Origin: an uncultured archaeon
GTDB taxonomy: Archaea; Asgardarchaeota; Lokiarchaeia; Sigyniarchaeales; SOKP01
Assembly (NCBI GenBank): GCA_964388035.1
Contig: CAYLZE010000104.1
Location: 1 to 18,596, forward strand
Length of the DNA stretch: 18,596 bases
Reading direction: 5' to 3'
Made by a program: the position numbers and the translations under genes. Shown one piece after another: positions 17,438 to 18,596 of the stretch. The notes under the pieces were generated by a model that worked only from the letters and a program-made list of their open reading frames with translations, was not told where the DNA came from and did not search any database. Every line of letters starts with the position of its first letter. Positions within the stretch are counted from its first letter, which is position 1.

Positions 17438-18229
17438 TCATGCATTTGAAGATTTTTTCCATTTCCAAGCGTAATTAATGACGTTTTGGGGGCAGGTTAC
17501 CACGCAACTTCCGCACAATATGCAGTCTGCATCATACATATTGCCCGATTGAACCAACTCATCCACATCAAGTCCCATCACGCATGCTTTGCTGCATTGC
17601 TTGCATTTCGTGCATTTGGAATTATCCGCTTCCAAGTGTAAGGAAGGATACTTGAGAGCATTTTTAATTTTTGTTCCAATAATCCCGAAGATCGCCATCG
17701 GACATGCATAATTACAGAAAGACCGATTTCCCCCGACTAAAGTGAAGATTACTCCCATCGAACCGATAATTCCAAAATAAAACGCGAATTGTATGATATG
17801 AGCCCCTCCGAGGGATATTAATCCATTTGGGTCATCTAATGGGCTGGGATAATAGGGATTGAATCCAAAAATATAGCCCGCATTAAGGAGGGGACCTAAC
17901 GCTACTATTCCAATCCAGATGATGAATACCACGTATTTTATGCGTCTCCGCTTTTGTTTCTTAGCAGGGTCCAATTTTTTGGGAATTATATCAGCCAATA
18001 CCTCTTGAGTGGCACCCCATTGGCAAGCATATGCACAATATGCCCTTCCAAAAAACAAGGAGGAACCAAACCAAACAGAAAATATCAGAAAACTCAAGCT
18101 AATGTATCCTTCAAATCCACCTTGAATGATGAGATAAGGTGACATCCAATTAAACGTTATAGGCAGAACAATTACCCATAAAAATGTTATTAATTTCCGT
18201 AATTTTGATAATTTTCCATGTTGTCCCAT
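17438..18229 (-). CDS. Membrane-bound 4Fe-4S binding protein (NapH/MauN/YccM-like polyferredoxin)
   Basis: 4 TM segments, motifs GRAYCAYACQWG and RSFCNYACPMA, and two C-terminal ferredoxin motifs CTKCKQCSKAC and CILCGSCVVTCP. GAGGT RBS upstream. Confidence 0.9.
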   Translation of the reverse strand: MGQHGKLSKLRKLITFLWVIVLPITFNWMSPYLIIQGGFEGYISLSFLIFSVWFGSSLFFGRAYCAYACQWGATQEVLADIIPKKLDPAKKQKRRRIKYVVFIIWIGIVALGPLLNAGYIFGFNPYYPSPLDDPNGLISLGGAHIIQFAFYFGIIGSMGVIFTLVGGNRSFCNYACPMAIFGIIGTKIKNALKYPSLHLEADNSKCTKCKQCSKACVMGLDVDELVQSGNMYDADCILCGSCVVTCPQNVINYAWKWKKSSNA

Positions 18230-18243
18230 TTTTTATACCTCTT

Positions 18244-18596
18244 TCATTTTTTAGTCCTTGGTTTTAGACCTTCCTCAAGAATTTCAAATACAAATTCTAC
18301 TATCTCATCCGCTGTCGAGCCTGTATAGCGAGAGACATTTGGAGATTCCAGAAGATCGGAGATAACTCCTAAGGAAACTCTACTTAGAACAAAACCGATC
18401 AATCTTGGATCTTTATCTCGTCGGATTGCATTAACTTTCATAGCATTTTTCAGTACATCCAGAAAAATAGCCTCATATGCATGACTTTTGTCCAGATAGG
18501 TTTGTTCAATTTCCGATAAATCTTTTTTATCTTCAATATTTGGCAATTTTACTCCAATATCATGAAAAATAGTGGCATAGTTTGGATGCTGTTTAG
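18244..18596 (-). CDS. Probable TetR/AcrR-family regulator, C-terminal part (5' end outside the window)
   Basis: The frame stays open to the window edge (KQHPNYATIFHDIGVKL...). The helical pattern ..HPNY..IF / LKNAMKVNAIRRDKDP / FEILEEGLK is typical of TetR C-terminal domains. The HTH is not visible. The stop lies 14 nt before the polyferredoxin start. Confidence 0.6.
   Translation of the reverse strand, partial: KQHPNYATIFHDIGVKLPNIEDKKDLSEIEQTYLDKSHAYEAIFLDVLKNAMKVNAIRRDKDPRLIGFVLSRVSLGVISDLLESPNVSRYTGSTADEIVEFVFEILEEGLKPRTKK

Noticed and set aside
14001-18142. ORFs 14001..14189 (-), 15920..16156 (+) and 17954..18142 (+)
   Set aside because: They are antisense to stronger CDSs, with F/S-rich or featureless composition typical of shadow frames.
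1-18596. CRISPR arrays, IS elements, selenoprotein/SECIS read-through, split or permuted tRNA halves
   Set aside because: No regularly spaced repeats, transposase, terminal inverted repeats or convincing in-frame TGA extension were seen. Both tRNAs are contiguous and in normal order.

Overview
AT-rich archaeal chromosomal segment, most likely from an Asgard archaeon (Lokiarchaeia/Promethearchaeota-like). That assignment is inferred from bulge-helix-bulge (BHB) tRNA introns, an archaeal-type Pgk, a eukaryote-like ubiquitin and a longin-like domain. The window carries 16 credible CDSs: a ubiquitin-like protein ending GG-N, a TPR protein, five membrane proteins of unknown or uncertain function, a winged-helix/longin-like fusion, larB, a cytoplasmic GH20 hexosaminidase, an Eis-like GNAT, pgk, two tandem 282-aa Zn-finger paralogs, a small coiled-coil protein and a NapH/YccM-like polyferredoxin. 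A further CDS, a probable TetR-like regulator, is cut off by the window end. Two intron-containing tRNA genes are absent from the ORF track: tRNA-Val(GAC) with a canonical 37/38 intron, and tRNA-Gly(GCC) split into three exons by two non-canonical introns (D-loop 21/22 and T-loop 59/60). The strongest signals are the doubly interrupted tRNA-Gly and the stand-alone ubiquitin precursor. No mobile element, integrase or CRISPR array was seen. All family calls come from reading motifs by eye; no database search was run.
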